From positions 1 to 32,101 of the forward strand of contig JAYZEG010000090.1 in NCBI GenBank assembly GCA_036337435.1: a stretch of 32,101 bases of DNA. The letters are read 5' to 3'. The notes under the pieces were generated by a model. That model saw nothing but the letters and a program-made list of their open reading frames with translations, did not search any database and was not told where the DNA came from. The translations under genes and the position numbers were made by a program. This document shows, piece by piece, positions 18,640 through 29,303 of the stretch. The DNA comes from Myxococcota bacterium. Lineage in GTDB: Bacteria; Myxococcota_A; Bradymonadia; UBA7976; UBA1532. Each line of letters begins with the position of its first letter. The stretch's first letter is position 1.

Positions 18640-19134
18640 ATGAGACGACTCGTTCTGCTGTTTGTTTTAATGACCAATACCGTGCAGGCCAAAGAACACA
18701 TTGTCGAAATGTTAAACGAACACAATGGCCAAATGATGCGTTTCTCTGTCTCGACTTTGCACGTCGCGTCCGGCGATACAGTCATTTGGAAAGCCACTCA
18801 CAAAACCCATAACGTTGAATTTGTCGACGGTGGGATTCCATCGACGGCAGACCTGTTCAAGTCCCCTTATAATCAAGACGGGCGGTATCTATTCAAGGTC
18901 CCTGGAGTCTATATGTTCAAATGTAATGCACATTTGGGCATGGGCATGCTCGGTCTCGTGATCGTCGATAATGATTTGAGTAATTTGGCGATACTCCGCG
19001 GTCTTCAGCTGCCCATATTGGCGCGGGACAGGCTCGATGAATTGATCAAGACTTTGACCGGTGGTGAAGCGAGTAGACGTGGGCATAAGGCGTTGGACAA
19101 ACCGGCAGCCAACGCCCCCCCAACCGATCAGTGA
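18640..19134 (+). CDS. Pseudoazurin / plastocyanin-family blue copper protein
   Basis: GAGAGGA RBS; signal peptide ending VQA-K; VEMLN, GDTVIW, HNV and C-N-A-H-L-G-M-G-M type-1 copper ligands. Confidence 0.9.
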   Translation: MRRLVLLFVLMTNTVQAKEHIVEMLNEHNGQMMRFSVSTLHVASGDTVIWKATHKTHNVEFVDGGIPSTADLFKSPYNQDGRYLFKVPGVYMFKCNAHLGMGMLGLVIVDNDLSNLAILRGLQLPILARDRLDELIKTLTGGEASRRGHKALDKPAANAPPTDQ

Positions 19135-19193
19135 ACAGCCCAATGACGCGGATATCGGACTCAAAAAACGGATCGGATTTTTCTTCGGCCGCC

Positions 19194-21407
19194 TCAGCGG
19201 TCTCCGATGTCAGGGCAGAATAAATTATCTTCAAACGTAGGGGATTCAGCGGCGCCAACGGTCAGAAACGACGCGTCTTCGGTGCAGATGTCGGTAAAGA
19301 GATTCCTTCGGACCAGGACGTCTCGAACGTCATCAAAACTGAGTGCGAGAGACGCGATAGCGGCCTCTCCCAGTCGATTACGCTCGATCAGAACCTGCTG
19401 CGCACCGAATGAAACGATGACGTGCCCCGAGCTGTCGTTAATGATGTTTGAGCGGACAAAGACGTCATGGGTGTAGTCGGTCACTGAGACACCAGCAATA
19501 TTAATGTCCTGCATGTGGTTGTCGATGACGTGGTGGCGGGGCCCATCATTACAATGAACTGTCCGGCCGCCACCGCCTACGATGACCCCAATGGACCCGC
19601 TCGATAGGCGGTTACCTCGAACCAACGTATCGCGGCTGGCCTCTCCGTGAATGTCGATTAAGGCTTGGTTCATATTCGAGAATACACCTCGCAACACCTG
19701 GCTATCAGAACTCCCGAAGTCGACCACGACACCATGTCGCGCAGAGTCAACAGTTTGTCCATGTACAACCGTGCGACTCGCACCGATCAAATGGACCCCA
19801 TACCCTTGGCCTCCGCTCCCATATGCTGCTGGATAGGCCATTGAGCAGCCCAGGACGCGGCTCAAGAGTGCGTCGCGTATCTCGATGGTAAATTTACCGA
19901 AGCCTTGTCCATGAACTGCCTCGAGACGGACGCCATTGGTATACAGGGCGAGCACACCACCATCGTCAATGACGCCCGGGTTCTCGCAGTTGGCTTCGCG
20001 AAATCGGTGATTGAGCGCATCGGGGCAATTTGCTTTCAGCTCTAAATTCTCTATGGATACATCGTCGAGTAGGTTGACAACAGACACCTTTGGATTGGCC
20101 GATGCGGGGATTGAGATCTGTATCGGCCGGTCGAGGACAACCTCTGTGATGTTTTCTCGAATCCCAACCTCCAGCACTCGAAACAGTTGCCGTTGGTGTC
20201 GGTTAGCCCGTTCCACATCTCTGCCACCGATGCAGACCGGTGGCACATCACCAAAATCATCGGCGGTCAGTCGCATCCACTGAACATCTGCCGGTACTCT
20301 GCCATGTACGGTCAATCGTCTCTGACCGGCCTCGATGCCCTCGACCAGTTGGAACTGACCGTCTGCTGTTATGCCTTGACCCCTCAGTTCGAATGCCCAC
20401 CTCTGTGCCAGCTCAGGATTCGGATCCCAATTCCAAATGGGACGATTCGACTCGTCATCCAAACGCCCGATGAGGTGGACTCCATCGCGCTGTATTTGGA
20501 CAGGGGTACGCCCCCTGTACGACTCAGATCTAAGTCTGATCGTTAGATTTTGCTCACCTGACTCAGCAATCAATGTAGTCAGCCGGGCACCGTCATCACA
20601 GTCGTTTTGCTCAGCGCAGGTGACAAAGTCGACGATGGGTGTTTCGTGAACCTCGGGCGGTCGGGCAATGACCGAATCTGCTTTTCGACTATCGACAAAA
20701 TCGATCCCTTCTATGAGCAAGCCCCCTTCACGCGCCACGAGTGTAAAATTGATACCGGCTTCGATGTCGCTCCATTCTAAGCGCGGCGGCAATCGTTGGT
20801 CGATGGACGGAGGATCACGCCATAGAGAATAAGTCTCGGTGATAACTGTGGGTGTCGAAAGGCCGTCCCCTTGAATCAACGCTGGTTGCAAGGTATCGCC
20901 GAAGCCCACATCCACCAGGCCGTCTTCGAATCGCCAGATTTGGCCCCTGAATACCACCACCATTTTTGAGTGAAGTCGTCCTTCATAGTCGTCGATTGAG
21001 AACACAGCGCGGGCGCCCCGGTCCAGAAGGATTCGACCATCCGGTAGCCGGCTATGCGACCCTTCGATACGGGCGTCATCAATGGGTAATGAAAGCGGGT
21101 CGGCTATAGGGATTTGAGCATCCTCGGCGCTGAATGACTGGTCAGCTCTGCCTCCATCATAGACGGAGCTCGGTCCACGTGCATCATCCAGCCCGCGTTG
21201 GTCTAATTGGTTAACATGGCTATCGGATAGAGCGGCGTCTCGACTTGGGCTTGAGTGCTTCGAGTCTTGACAGCCAATGGCTGTAAGACAAAAGAGGCCG
21301 ACGGTCAGACTCCACATCAGGGTGTTGCATTGGTCTCGTCGCCAGGCGAACGGGTCCGGCAATGGCCGCTCCGATCTACGCCAATGCCCATCGCTGCAAT
21401 CCGTCAT
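19194..21407 (-). CDS. Lipoprotein with C-terminal right-handed parallel beta-helix (pectin lyase-like) domain
   Basis: Lipobox TAIG-C; repeated strand/Asn-ladder segments (VSIENLEL, GQGYGVHL, RHGVVV, IDIHG, LVRGN, VIDN, VRSN, IERN, VRRN). Start uncertain (21407 or 21317). Confidence 0.8.
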   Translation of the reverse strand: MTDCSDGHWRRSERPLPDPFAWRRDQCNTLMWSLTVGLFCLTAIGCQDSKHSSPSRDAALSDSHVNQLDQRGLDDARGPSSVYDGGRADQSFSAEDAQIPIADPLSLPIDDARIEGSHSRLPDGRILLDRGARAVFSIDDYEGRLHSKMVVVFRGQIWRFEDGLVDVGFGDTLQPALIQGDGLSTPTVITETYSLWRDPPSIDQRLPPRLEWSDIEAGINFTLVAREGGLLIEGIDFVDSRKADSVIARPPEVHETPIVDFVTCAEQNDCDDGARLTTLIAESGEQNLTIRLRSESYRGRTPVQIQRDGVHLIGRLDDESNRPIWNWDPNPELAQRWAFELRGQGITADGQFQLVEGIEAGQRRLTVHGRVPADVQWMRLTADDFGDVPPVCIGGRDVERANRHQRQLFRVLEVGIRENITEVVLDRPIQISIPASANPKVSVVNLLDDVSIENLELKANCPDALNHRFREANCENPGVIDDGGVLALYTNGVRLEAVHGQGFGKFTIEIRDALLSRVLGCSMAYPAAYGSGGQGYGVHLIGASRTVVHGQTVDSARHGVVVDFGSSDSQVLRGVFSNMNQALIDIHGEASRDTLVRGNRLSSGSIGVIVGGGGRTVHCNDGPRHHVIDNHMQDINIAGVSVTDYTHDVFVRSNIINDSSGHVIVSFGAQQVLIERNRLGEAAIASLALSFDDVRDVLVRRNLFTDICTEDASFLTVGAAESPTFEDNLFCPDIGDR

Positions 21408-21867
21408 CGTTGTTTTTCCAAGCGGGCCTTCTCCATTTTTTCAACCATCCATCGTCCATGTGGTCGCGCTGATGCTTGTGAGCATGACCGACGCGGATGA
21501 AAATGACCATGCCCGGCTGTCTATTTTCTCGATGTTTCAATGCAACGGAGCCACTGCGATGGGGTTGAGCTAGATACATGGCGACACCAATGGATCCAGT
21601 TACTTGACGTAATCTATCGGCAGGATGTACTTGCATCATTCTGTCAAGTGCCGTCAATCGACCAGTATAGGTCGTTCCGACGATGGGCCATCAAGCGTGG
21701 TTTTTTATTCTTTTGGTTGTTCGGTCTTTGTCGGCCCATTGTTGGGTCTGAGTGGAACATCAGGATTCAAGGCAATGGACACAGAATGAGGGTTAGTATA
21801 GGGTCTGCCCGTTCGTGGGAATCCGCCGACGACATATTTTCGCTCTCTAGACAGTTAGGCAATTCCT

Positions 21868-23412
21868 GTGAACTCTTTCGATGCGCTCGACCTAATCGAG
21901 CCGATACGTCGTGCGATTGCGGCGCAGAACTATACGACGCCAACCCCGATTCAAGCGAAGGCCATTCCACCCTTGCTCGACGGACGTGATGTGCTCGGAT
22001 GCGCACAGACGGGCACCGGTAAGACAGCCGCATTCCTTTTGCCGATTCTTCAGAAACTGTCTTTGGAAAAACCCAAAGGAAAGCGGAAAATTCGAGCCTT
22101 GGTTCTGAGTCCGACACGAGAACTCGCTTTGCAAATTGGGGAGTGCTGTGGGTCGTATTCGGAATTTCTTCCCCTGCGATACATGACGATGTTTGGTGGG
22201 GTCAGCCAGAGGCCACAGGTCGACGATCTGCGCCGGGGTGTCGACATTCTTGTTGCGACGCCTGGTCGGCTTTTGGACCTCCTTGGCCAAGGGCTTTTGG
22301 AACTCAAGCACGTAGAGCACTTTGTGCTCGATGAGGCGGACCGAATGCTCGACATGGGATTTATCCGTGATATTCGGCGGATTCTGACAAAACTTCCCAA
22401 GCAAAAACAGAATTTGCTGTTCTCTGCGACCATGCCCGATAGCATCGTTGACTTGGCCAGTTCATTTTTGTCGAATCCTGTTCGGGTAGAAGTTCATCCC
22501 CAGTCGTCTGCAGTCGACTTGATTACCCAAAAAGTCATGTTCGTTGACCGGCCCAACAAGAAACACCTTTTAGTCTCTTTGCTCCAAGACCCGAGTCTGT
22601 ACAGTGTCGTGGTCTTCAGCCGGACAAAGCATGGTGCTGATCGATTAGCTCGCATCTTAAACAAAAAGGATTTATCTGCATCAGCCATTCATGGCAACAA
22701 ATCGCAGGGGGCCAGGCAGCGCGCTTTGGCTGGATTCAAATCGGGCGATGTTCGCATTCTTGTGGCGACGGATATTGCGTCTAGGGGCATTGACGTGGAT
22801 GGCGTAACCCATGTGATCAACCATGACTTGCCCAACTTGCCGGAAAGCTACGTACATCGGATTGGTCGAACAGGACGTGCCGGACACGATGGGGTCGCGA
22901 TCTCTTTCTGTGATGAGTCCGAGACGTCTTATCTGACCGATATCGAAAAGCTGATTGGTCAATCGCTGATACGAGATGCGGACCATGAGTGGCACCATGA
23001 GGCTGCGATTCCAAAAGCAAGAGAACCGGGTGGTCAAGGTGCGCGGCGTACTCGCCGACGTTCTGGTCGAAATAGGCAACCCGAGAACAGAGACTCAGCG
23101 CAAGAGCAACGCGGTACGGAAACCGAGTCCGGGCCGTCGGACCGCGGTCAAGCCCGTCGCAGACGGCGACCACGACACGGCCAAAACCGGAGCAATTCTC
23201 CATCCGCTCGAGACAATCAGACCGACGATCGGGGTCAGAAAAAGCGGCCCGACCGAAACCAGAAAACCCAGAGCCAAGGGGACGGTTCTCACTCCAAAAA
23301 CAAAGGTAACCGGAGCGAAGACCGGAGTGACAATAGGGCGTCAGCCGGCGATTCAAACCAACGACGACGGCGTAGGCGACGGGGGCCAAGACACCAATCG
23401 TCCCAGTCCTAG
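21868..23412 (+). CDS. rhlE: DEAD-box ATP-dependent RNA helicase, RhlE-like
   Basis: Q motif [47 protein letters not shown]; long Arg/Gln-rich disordered tail. Confidence 0.93.
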   Translation: MNSFDALDLIEPIRRAIAAQNYTTPTPIQAKAIPPLLDGRDVLGCAQTGTGKTAAFLLPILQKLSLEKPKGKRKIRALVLSPTRELALQIGECCGSYSEFLPLRYMTMFGGVSQRPQVDDLRRGVDILVATPGRLLDLLGQGLLELKHVEHFVLDEADRMLDMGFIRDIRRILTKLPKQKQNLLFSATMPDSIVDLASSFLSNPVRVEVHPQSSAVDLITQKVMFVDRPNKKHLLVSLLQDPSLYSVVVFSRTKHGADRLARILNKKDLSASAIHGNKSQGARQRALAGFKSGDVRILVATDIASRGIDVDGVTHVINHDLPNLPESYVHRIGRTGRAGHDGVAISFCDESETSYLTDIEKLIGQSLIRDADHEWHHEAAIPKAREPGGQGARRTRRRSGRNRQPENRDSAQEQRGTETESGPSDRGQARRRRRPRHGQNRSNSPSARDNQTDDRGQKKRPDRNQKTQSQGDGSHSKNKGNRSEDRSDNRASAGDSNQRRRRRRRGPRHQSSQS

Positions 23413-23485
23413 ACCTGAGTTAGATAGGAGATTTGCTCAGCTGTCGGCAGCACATGTTGAAGGGAGGCATTACCTTGAATTTCAT

Positions 23486-26400
23486 TCACTCAGTTCGAGT
23501 CACTCTGCCCAACGCCCTTCGTCGTAGACAGACGCCTGAAACTAAAATCATGGCTAACCAAAATGAATTGCCATTGCCATTGTTTGCATCACAGGCGCAT
23601 CCGCTTTCCGATGACGATGCGTCACTGGCGTCTCGTCCATCAGCCATCCCATCCTGACCGCCAGATGTATCTCTTGAAACCTGAGCATCTTCCATGGACC
23701 TTGCTGCATCGTCGGTCGCAATACCTCCATCGTTGATTGAGACCATTGCATCGCCTGCTGGGATGCCCGCATCGGGTTGCTCAGGCACTGTGATAAACAA
23801 ATACTCGGACGGAATTAACCTCGGTTCCGCCGCGTCCCTTGACCAAGCGATTGCAAGATGGTCACCGCCTCCACCTTCTTTCATGAGTGCTTCAATGTAA
23901 TAGGCATCTCCGGCCAACAGTGAAACGGGCTCTGAGCGCTGTTGAGGTGTTGCTGTCCACGCCCGCGGAGCCGTGTAATTTTCGACCCGGGCTAACTGAA
24001 CCAGACCGTCCCTGGTAGAATTGGGAGAGAGCCATAATTCACCTTGGTCATCGCTGGCGATCCAGAAAGTATAATCGCCGTCTTCTGGCGGGATGAGGTA
24101 CGCACTCAGTCGTACTCCGTATTCATCCAGCTGATCGACTGGTGATGAAAATGTTTCGATGACACTGGTTTGGTCGGGTTGGTCTGGGTATTTCGGCGAG
24201 CGTCTCAAATCAGTCAGCTCGGACCCTGGAATCCCGGTCCAGAGATCCATTTGGACCCCGTGGTCACTCACTTTGATGTCAACGGTGGATGTATGAACGT
24301 GACCCGTGCTGGAGCGAATCCCGTAGGTGAATTGATCTTGTCCCGAAAAGTCTTGATTGGGTGTATAGACCCAAAGGTCATCGACCAGGCTCATGGTTCC
24401 ATGCTCTGGATTTGTGACATCCACGAGCTCGGCGGTCCCGTCATGGGACAAACCGCGCCCAGCTAAATCGAAGCTCAAGGCTGTATTGGGTTGGGTCATG
24501 ACGGATCCGGATAGACCACCGACGGCAGGCATCCAGTTTGGAAGACCGGCCACTCGGTCTTTGGCGTCTTGAGAGAATTGCATGCCCCACACGCCCTCAA
24601 AAAAATTGGTCAGGTTATGTTCAGTGATCTCAGACATCCAAATCAACCATTGATCGCGTTCGGCTGCATCACCTTGTGGTAGAGTTGCGCCCTCTTGGTT
24701 GTAGCGAGCGAAGATTCGGAGGAAGACATCCCACCCGAAGTGATCTCTCAATTGCAAGAACATGGCGAGCTTATAGTTGACGCTTAAAGACGCATAAGTG
24801 CCGTTGTCCAGGCCAGCAAGTGCCTGTTCCATGACAGTGTGCGCAGCTGAAGTCCAGCTCCAGCCACCTTGCTCTTTAATGCCAAGCCGGTCATAAGCAT
24901 AAACGGTGAAAATATTCACCGTTGCTTCGACAGAGCCGTCGAAAGTATAGGCGTTATCCCAGCCCCAGCTTTTGTCAGGGCGCCGCTGTGCCTCATGTCC
25001 AAGTTCATGGAACCATCCCCAGGATCCTGTCCGATGTAGGTGTTCCAAATCGACGATTTCCGCCGCAGACACCACGGGGCCCTGTGTTGGATATCCAGCG
25101 TGCAGATAACCCGCACTAACTTGCACATCGATATTGATTCTCTCAGCCATATATCGACGCGCAGCATGGCCGCCGATTTCATCTTGTAGCCGAACCACGT
25201 CATTCCAAAATGTCATCACATCGGTCGGGTTATCTAAAGTCCGGATCAAGTTTGACGGAAGGCTGATGATCAGCCGCTCACTGACAAGCTCGGCGTAGGG
25301 CGCGGGCGCGTTTCTGATGTCATTATTCCAGTCATCGTCTTGGGTTATACCAAGCTTGAAATAGGGCGCGTTTACTGCGCCCACGATGGTGACATCAAAT
25401 GGCGCCAGACCTCGGTTTTCAGTCCCTACATCGATGTATAAGGCACCGCCGAATGGACTTGCTGCGTCAATCATCTGCTCGTCTATTGAAAAGGACCAGT
25501 GTACTTGAGGCGGCCTTTTCCATGCGTCCCTCGGCGAAATATCATCAGTATGCCCACCAATGCGAAGCGTAAACCCCGCATCGACAATGTCGTTGTCCGC
25601 TGTCAGTATGATGAGTTCGCCTGGCGCAGCATACAGGCCGGTGGAATGCCAACGGGTCTGGGCTGGATCGATGGTGATGGTTTTCTCGACTCGAGGGGCG
25701 TCATCGGGTACGCGCCCGAAAATAGCATCAGCCGTTCGGTGCGCGCGGATCTGCTCTGGTTCCAGTCGGCGGAGTTGGCTTATTTCTCTCCTCAGCAGCG
25801 CTTTAGCGAAGGCTGATCGCGTCGGATTTTCTGGGCTAGGCCTGATGCTGTCGACAGCTTGGCCAAACGCTGCATCAAGTCTTGAGACCAGTGGGTCGGT
25901 CGGGGAAAGTGCATCGTAAATCCGACCGAGGAGGACACCGGCGCGCTGCAGTCGGTCGTCTTCGACACCGTTCGGCATAGCCAGTATGACTGTGAGATCA
26001 TCGGCGCTAAGTTGACCCCTGGCTGGCAGGATGTTCACTACGCCGTCTTCCCAAAGATGACCGCCGACAAAACCGATACCAGCGTCTCGTAACAGCCGGT
26101 TACCCGGCGCCTGATAAATGGGTAGGCCCCACCACCAATTGTAGCCGATGCCGTAATCACAGATAAAGAGGCCTCCGCCACCGCGCACAAACTGTCCAAT
26201 TGAACCGAGAACGTCATCATCGACTTGATCACCAAGCCAAGGTGGAATGAATAAAGCCGCATTCTCCAGCGCGAGAGAGAGGCCCGCCAAATTGGTTACG
26301 GTAACCCGTGTAAACCCCTGATCGCTCAGCCATTGGCCGACGTCAGCAGACAGCGTGACAATCTTTGCGTTCAATTGGTCATCGGTAAACCAATTGAGTG

Positions 26401-27052
26401 TGTTTCTGAAAAATTGTCCTGATTCATTGCTATACAGGTGCATATTGAGGATCTGATGATCGGGCAGAGCGACCACCCGACCAGCCCCCCAACCTGCTGC
26501 AACAATGACGGCGCCAGCAGTCACCCCATCGCCATACAGGGCAATTTCATGTGCATCCTCACCAAAGGCTACCATATGACCAGGGCCGCCACCGCCATGA
26601 ATGGACTGGACATTGTTCAAGAGAGCATTACGCGCCGCCTGGGCGTCGATTGGGGCATTGACGGTCACAAACCAGCGAGCACTGGTATTGCCCACTGAAA
26701 TTGTGACTTCTGCACGTCCGGAAAAACCCATTGGTGGGGCGTATACGAGGCCATCGAAAGCTTCGTTTACTCGAGCTTCTAAACCACGGAACGCCATAGC
26801 TGAATCTGCGTTTCCATCGCCGGTTGTGAACTCTAATCCATCGACGCTGGCCAATGTAATGGTCCCTTGGTCAACGCTGATGCGTACGGCGTCATTTCTT
26901 AAGTTGAGTAGGGTAGGAGCGTCGAATCCAGCGTTGGAGAATGAAATGGGGTGGTCAACTCGTGTCACAGCGATGTTTGGCACTGTAATGGACACGGCTT
27001 GCGCCAAAGTCATGCTGGGTAATGACGTTAAAAAAATCAGCCAAACACGCAT
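23486..27052 (-). CDS. M60-family metallopeptidase with Ig-like and PA14 domains and a MYXO-CTERM-like tail
   Basis: WHSTGLYAAPGE (M60-like N domain), WGWFHELGH..VEATVN catalytic motif, YTPNQDFSGQDQFTY (Big_9-like), GDYTFWIASDDQGELWL/KEGGGGDHL (PA14), C-terminal GCAC..hydrophobic..RRR. Confidence 0.92.
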   Translation of the reverse strand: MRVWLIFLTSLPSMTLAQAVSITVPNIAVTRVDHPISFSNAGFDAPTLLNLRNDAVRISVDQGTITLASVDGLEFTTGDGNADSAMAFRGLEARVNEAFDGLVYAPPMGFSGRAEVTISVGNTSARWFVTVNAPIDAQAARNALLNNVQSIHGGGGPGHMVAFGEDAHEIALYGDGVTAGAVIVAAGWGAGRVVALPDHQILNMHLYSNESGQFFRNTLNWFTDDQLNAKIVTLSADVGQWLSDQGFTRVTVTNLAGLSLALENAALFIPPWLGDQVDDDVLGSIGQFVRGGGGLFICDYGIGYNWWWGLPIYQAPGNRLLRDAGIGFVGGHLWEDGVVNILPARGQLSADDLTVILAMPNGVEDDRLQRAGVLLGRIYDALSPTDPLVSRLDAAFGQAVDSIRPSPENPTRSAFAKALLRREISQLRRLEPEQIRAHRTADAIFGRVPDDAPRVEKTITIDPAQTRWHSTGLYAAPGELIILTADNDIVDAGFTLRIGGHTDDISPRDAWKRPPQVHWSFSIDEQMIDAASPFGGALYIDVGTENRGLAPFDVTIVGAVNAPYFKLGITQDDDWNNDIRNAPAPYAELVSERLIISLPSNLIRTLDNPTDVMTFWNDVVRLQDEIGGHAARRYMAERINIDVQVSAGYLHAGYPTQGPVVSAAEIVDLEHLHRTGSWGWFHELGHEAQRRPDKSWGWDNAYTFDGSVEATVNIFTVYAYDRLGIKEQGGWSWTSAAHTVMEQALAGLDNGTYASLSVNYKLAMFLQLRDHFGWDVFLRIFARYNQEGATLPQGDAAERDQWLIWMSEITEHNLTNFFEGVWGMQFSQDAKDRVAGLPNWMPAVGGLSGSVMTQPNTALSFDLAGRGLSHDGTAELVDVTNPEHGTMSLVDDLWVYTPNQDFSGQDQFTYGIRSSTGHVHTSTVDIKVSDHGVQMDLWTGIPGSELTDLRRSPKYPDQPDQTSVIETFSSPVDQLDEYGVRLSAYLIPPEDGDYTFWIASDDQGELWLSPNSTRDGLVQLARVENYTAPRAWTATPQQRSEPVSLLAGDAYYIEALMKEGGGGDHLAIAWSRDAAEPRLIPSEYLFITVPEQPDAGIPAGDAMVSINDGGIATDDAARSMEDAQVSRDTSGGQDGMADGRDASDASSSESGCACDANNGNGNSFWLAMILVSGVCLRRRALGRVTRTE

Positions 27053-27258
27053 GAACTCTCCAGGGCCGCGTAAATCGCCTTCAACTCTACCGTTGCCCAG
27101 GATTTATTGACAGGTCGAAATCCAGTAACACCGGTCTATGAGTCCGGCGTTTGTGTATCGACCACAGGCCTTTACTTGCTAAACACTCCGTATCGTTCAT
27201 ATGCTCGTTTTGGCACGTGAGTTCCAGCGTATTCATCGAACGATTAAGAGGTTAAGAC

Positions 27259-29217
27259 ATGAAGCAATCTATCATCTTACTGGTGTTTTTGATGCTGGCT
27301 GTGGGATGCGACGAAAGCTCCCCCTCTCGGTCATTGGACAGTACCAGAGACGATGTCGATGCCCAAGTGGCGATGGTGGATGGGGCGGTGCAAGTCGCGC
27401 AATTGGTTATCAATGAAGTCGTTTACACACCGGCTGAGGGCGAGGTTGATTGGATAGAGTTCATGGCCATCGGCGATGGGGAAGTGAACCTCTCTGAGTA
27501 TCGTTTTGTCGATGACAAGGATGACCGAGAGGCGGTTCAATTGCCGGATTTAGTTTTGGAGTCTGGCGGATTTTATGTCATGACCCGAGGCGAGGGACCC
27601 CTACGGTTTAACTTCGGTCTCGGACAGTCAGATGGTGTTCGCCTATCCCGAATGGACACAGTGGTCGATCGGATTGATTGGGGGCGGAACGATGCTCAAG
27701 AGGGACAAGGCTATGGCCGTTTGCCCGACGGAGTCGGCGAATGGACAACCACCGTTCCAACACCGGGTGCTGCTAACGTAGCCGCTGAGGTGATGGGTCC
27801 GACTGAATTAAGTCTCTTTTCTCAGGATCAGGTGATTTCGGTTGAGTTGTTGCTCAGTGATGCAGCGTGGCAAGCGATTCGTTCAGACCCTTTAGCAGAA
27901 GAATATCAAACGGGGTCCATCGTTATAGACGGTCAGCAGACCGACGATGTTGCGATTCGGGTGAAAGGCAATTCTACGCTTAACTCTGTGGCTCGTTCCC
28001 CCAGCGATCGGTACAGTTTCAAAGTCGATATTAACCGCAATGTGTCCGGCCAAACTATCGATGGCATCAAGAAGTTAAACTTCAATAACGGTTTTAAAGA
28101 CCCCACCTTAATGCGCGAACACCTGGGGTATGACCTCATCGAACGGGCCGGTATGTATGCATCGAAGACATCCTTTGTTGACTTGAGCGTGGCGGGACAA
28201 CACATGGGCGTGTACACCATGGTGGAACAGGTCGATGACGACTACTTACAACGCCACTTCGGCGAGGACGGCGGAGATCTTTACAAACCCGAAATGCCAG
28301 CAGGACGACTGACATACCTCGGTGATTCCATTGAGGATTATCGCGCTATTGGCGTCAAAAATAATGAAGACTCAACAGACCACGAAGCCTTTTTGAGATT
28401 CATTGCCGTTTTGAATGGCGAGCAAGACGGTCAGCTCGACGACGTGCTCAATGTTGATGCGGTGTTGAGGAACCTGGCTCTAAACACCGTCATGGTTAAC
28501 TTGGACAGTTACCTTGGTATGGGCCATAACTTTTATCTGTACGAGCAAGACGGGCGTTTTCTGGATCTCCCCTGGGACTTAAATGAGACCTATGGAAATT
28601 TCACCTGCTCCTGTAATCGAGACGGGCTCATTAATCTCAAGATCGATGAGCCCACATGCGGTCCAATCGCGGATCGGCCATTGGTGGCGACACTGCTGAA
28701 CAATCCGTCGTATCTAGAGCGTTACCATGACATCATAGAAGAGTTGATCGAGGGGCCCGCGTCCGCAGACGCGATGAGCACCATCATTGATGAAACGGCG
28801 CAACTCATTCGGCCGTTTGTCGAACAAGACACCACCAAGTTTTTCTCAACGGCGGACTTTGAACGCGGCCTGACAGACGATGTGTCCAGTGGTCGTGGCG
28901 GCGGAGCATGGGGGCTTAAATCCTTCATTCGAGACCGAAACAATGCGATTCGTCGACAGCTCGGTGGAATGGACCCCAGTACAAACGGCGGAAATGGCAA
29001 TTGTGCCAGCAGAAATGGGGGCATGATGGGTCAGTCTGACGGCGCACAGTGTCCGCCGTGTGGCGATGGTATTTGCGATAATTTTGAGACGCGAAATCCA
29101 GAAGTTTGCCCCAGGGATTGTCGCGAGCCACCGGCCAACGGCGATTGGTGTGGTGATGGGATTTGTGATGCGCTCGAAAACTGTGAGCAAAACTGTCCCA
29201 TAGATTGTCAGAATTAA
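27259..29217 (+). CDS. CotH kinase-family lipoprotein with lamin-tail domain and Cys-rich C-terminus
   Basis: AAGAGG RBS; lipobox LAVG-C; LVINEV..DWIE..YGRLPDG..PTPGAAN (LTD); RVKGNST, SFKVD, DPTLMRE, NLDSY..HNFYLY, PWDLNETYG (CotH); two CGDGIC..C..CP.DC repeats. Confidence 0.93.
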   Translation: MKQSIILLVFLMLAVGCDESSPSRSLDSTRDDVDAQVAMVDGAVQVAQLVINEVVYTPAEGEVDWIEFMAIGDGEVNLSEYRFVDDKDDREAVQLPDLVLESGGFYVMTRGEGPLRFNFGLGQSDGVRLSRMDTVVDRIDWGRNDAQEGQGYGRLPDGVGEWTTTVPTPGAANVAAEVMGPTELSLFSQDQVISVELLLSDAAWQAIRSDPLAEEYQTGSIVIDGQQTDDVAIRVKGNSTLNSVARSPSDRYSFKVDINRNVSGQTIDGIKKLNFNNGFKDPTLMREHLGYDLIERAGMYASKTSFVDLSVAGQHMGVYTMVEQVDDDYLQRHFGEDGGDLYKPEMPAGRLTYLGDSIEDYRAIGVKNNEDSTDHEAFLRFIAVLNGEQDGQLDDVLNVDAVLRNLALNTVMVNLDSYLGMGHNFYLYEQDGRFLDLPWDLNETYGNFTCSCNRDGLINLKIDEPTCGPIADRPLVATLLNNPSYLERYHDIIEELIEGPASADAMSTIIDETAQLIRPFVEQDTTKFFSTADFERGLTDDVSSGRGGGAWGLKSFIRDRNNAIRRQLGGMDPSTNGGNGNCASRNGGMMGQSDGAQCPPCGDGICDNFETRNPEVCPRDCREPPANGDWCGDGICDALENCEQNCPIDCQN

Positions 29218-29303
29218 ACCCGGGTCTCCCATTTTCGGGTCTGTCGAGGTGCCATATCCCCGCAGACCCTCAAAAACTGTGGTCAAGTAAAGGCTCTTTT
29301 TTG

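Noticed and set aside
21376..21657. 93-aa ORF with kinase-like (LDRMMQVHPADR) or RelE-like (IFIRVGH) fragments
   Set aside because: Matches are too short to be meaningful; no other motifs and no antitoxin partner.
23016..23412. Arg-rich disordered tail of the helicase and overlapping alternate-frame ORFs
   Set aside because: Basic disordered C-termini are normal for RhlE-type helicases; the alternate ORFs are shadows.
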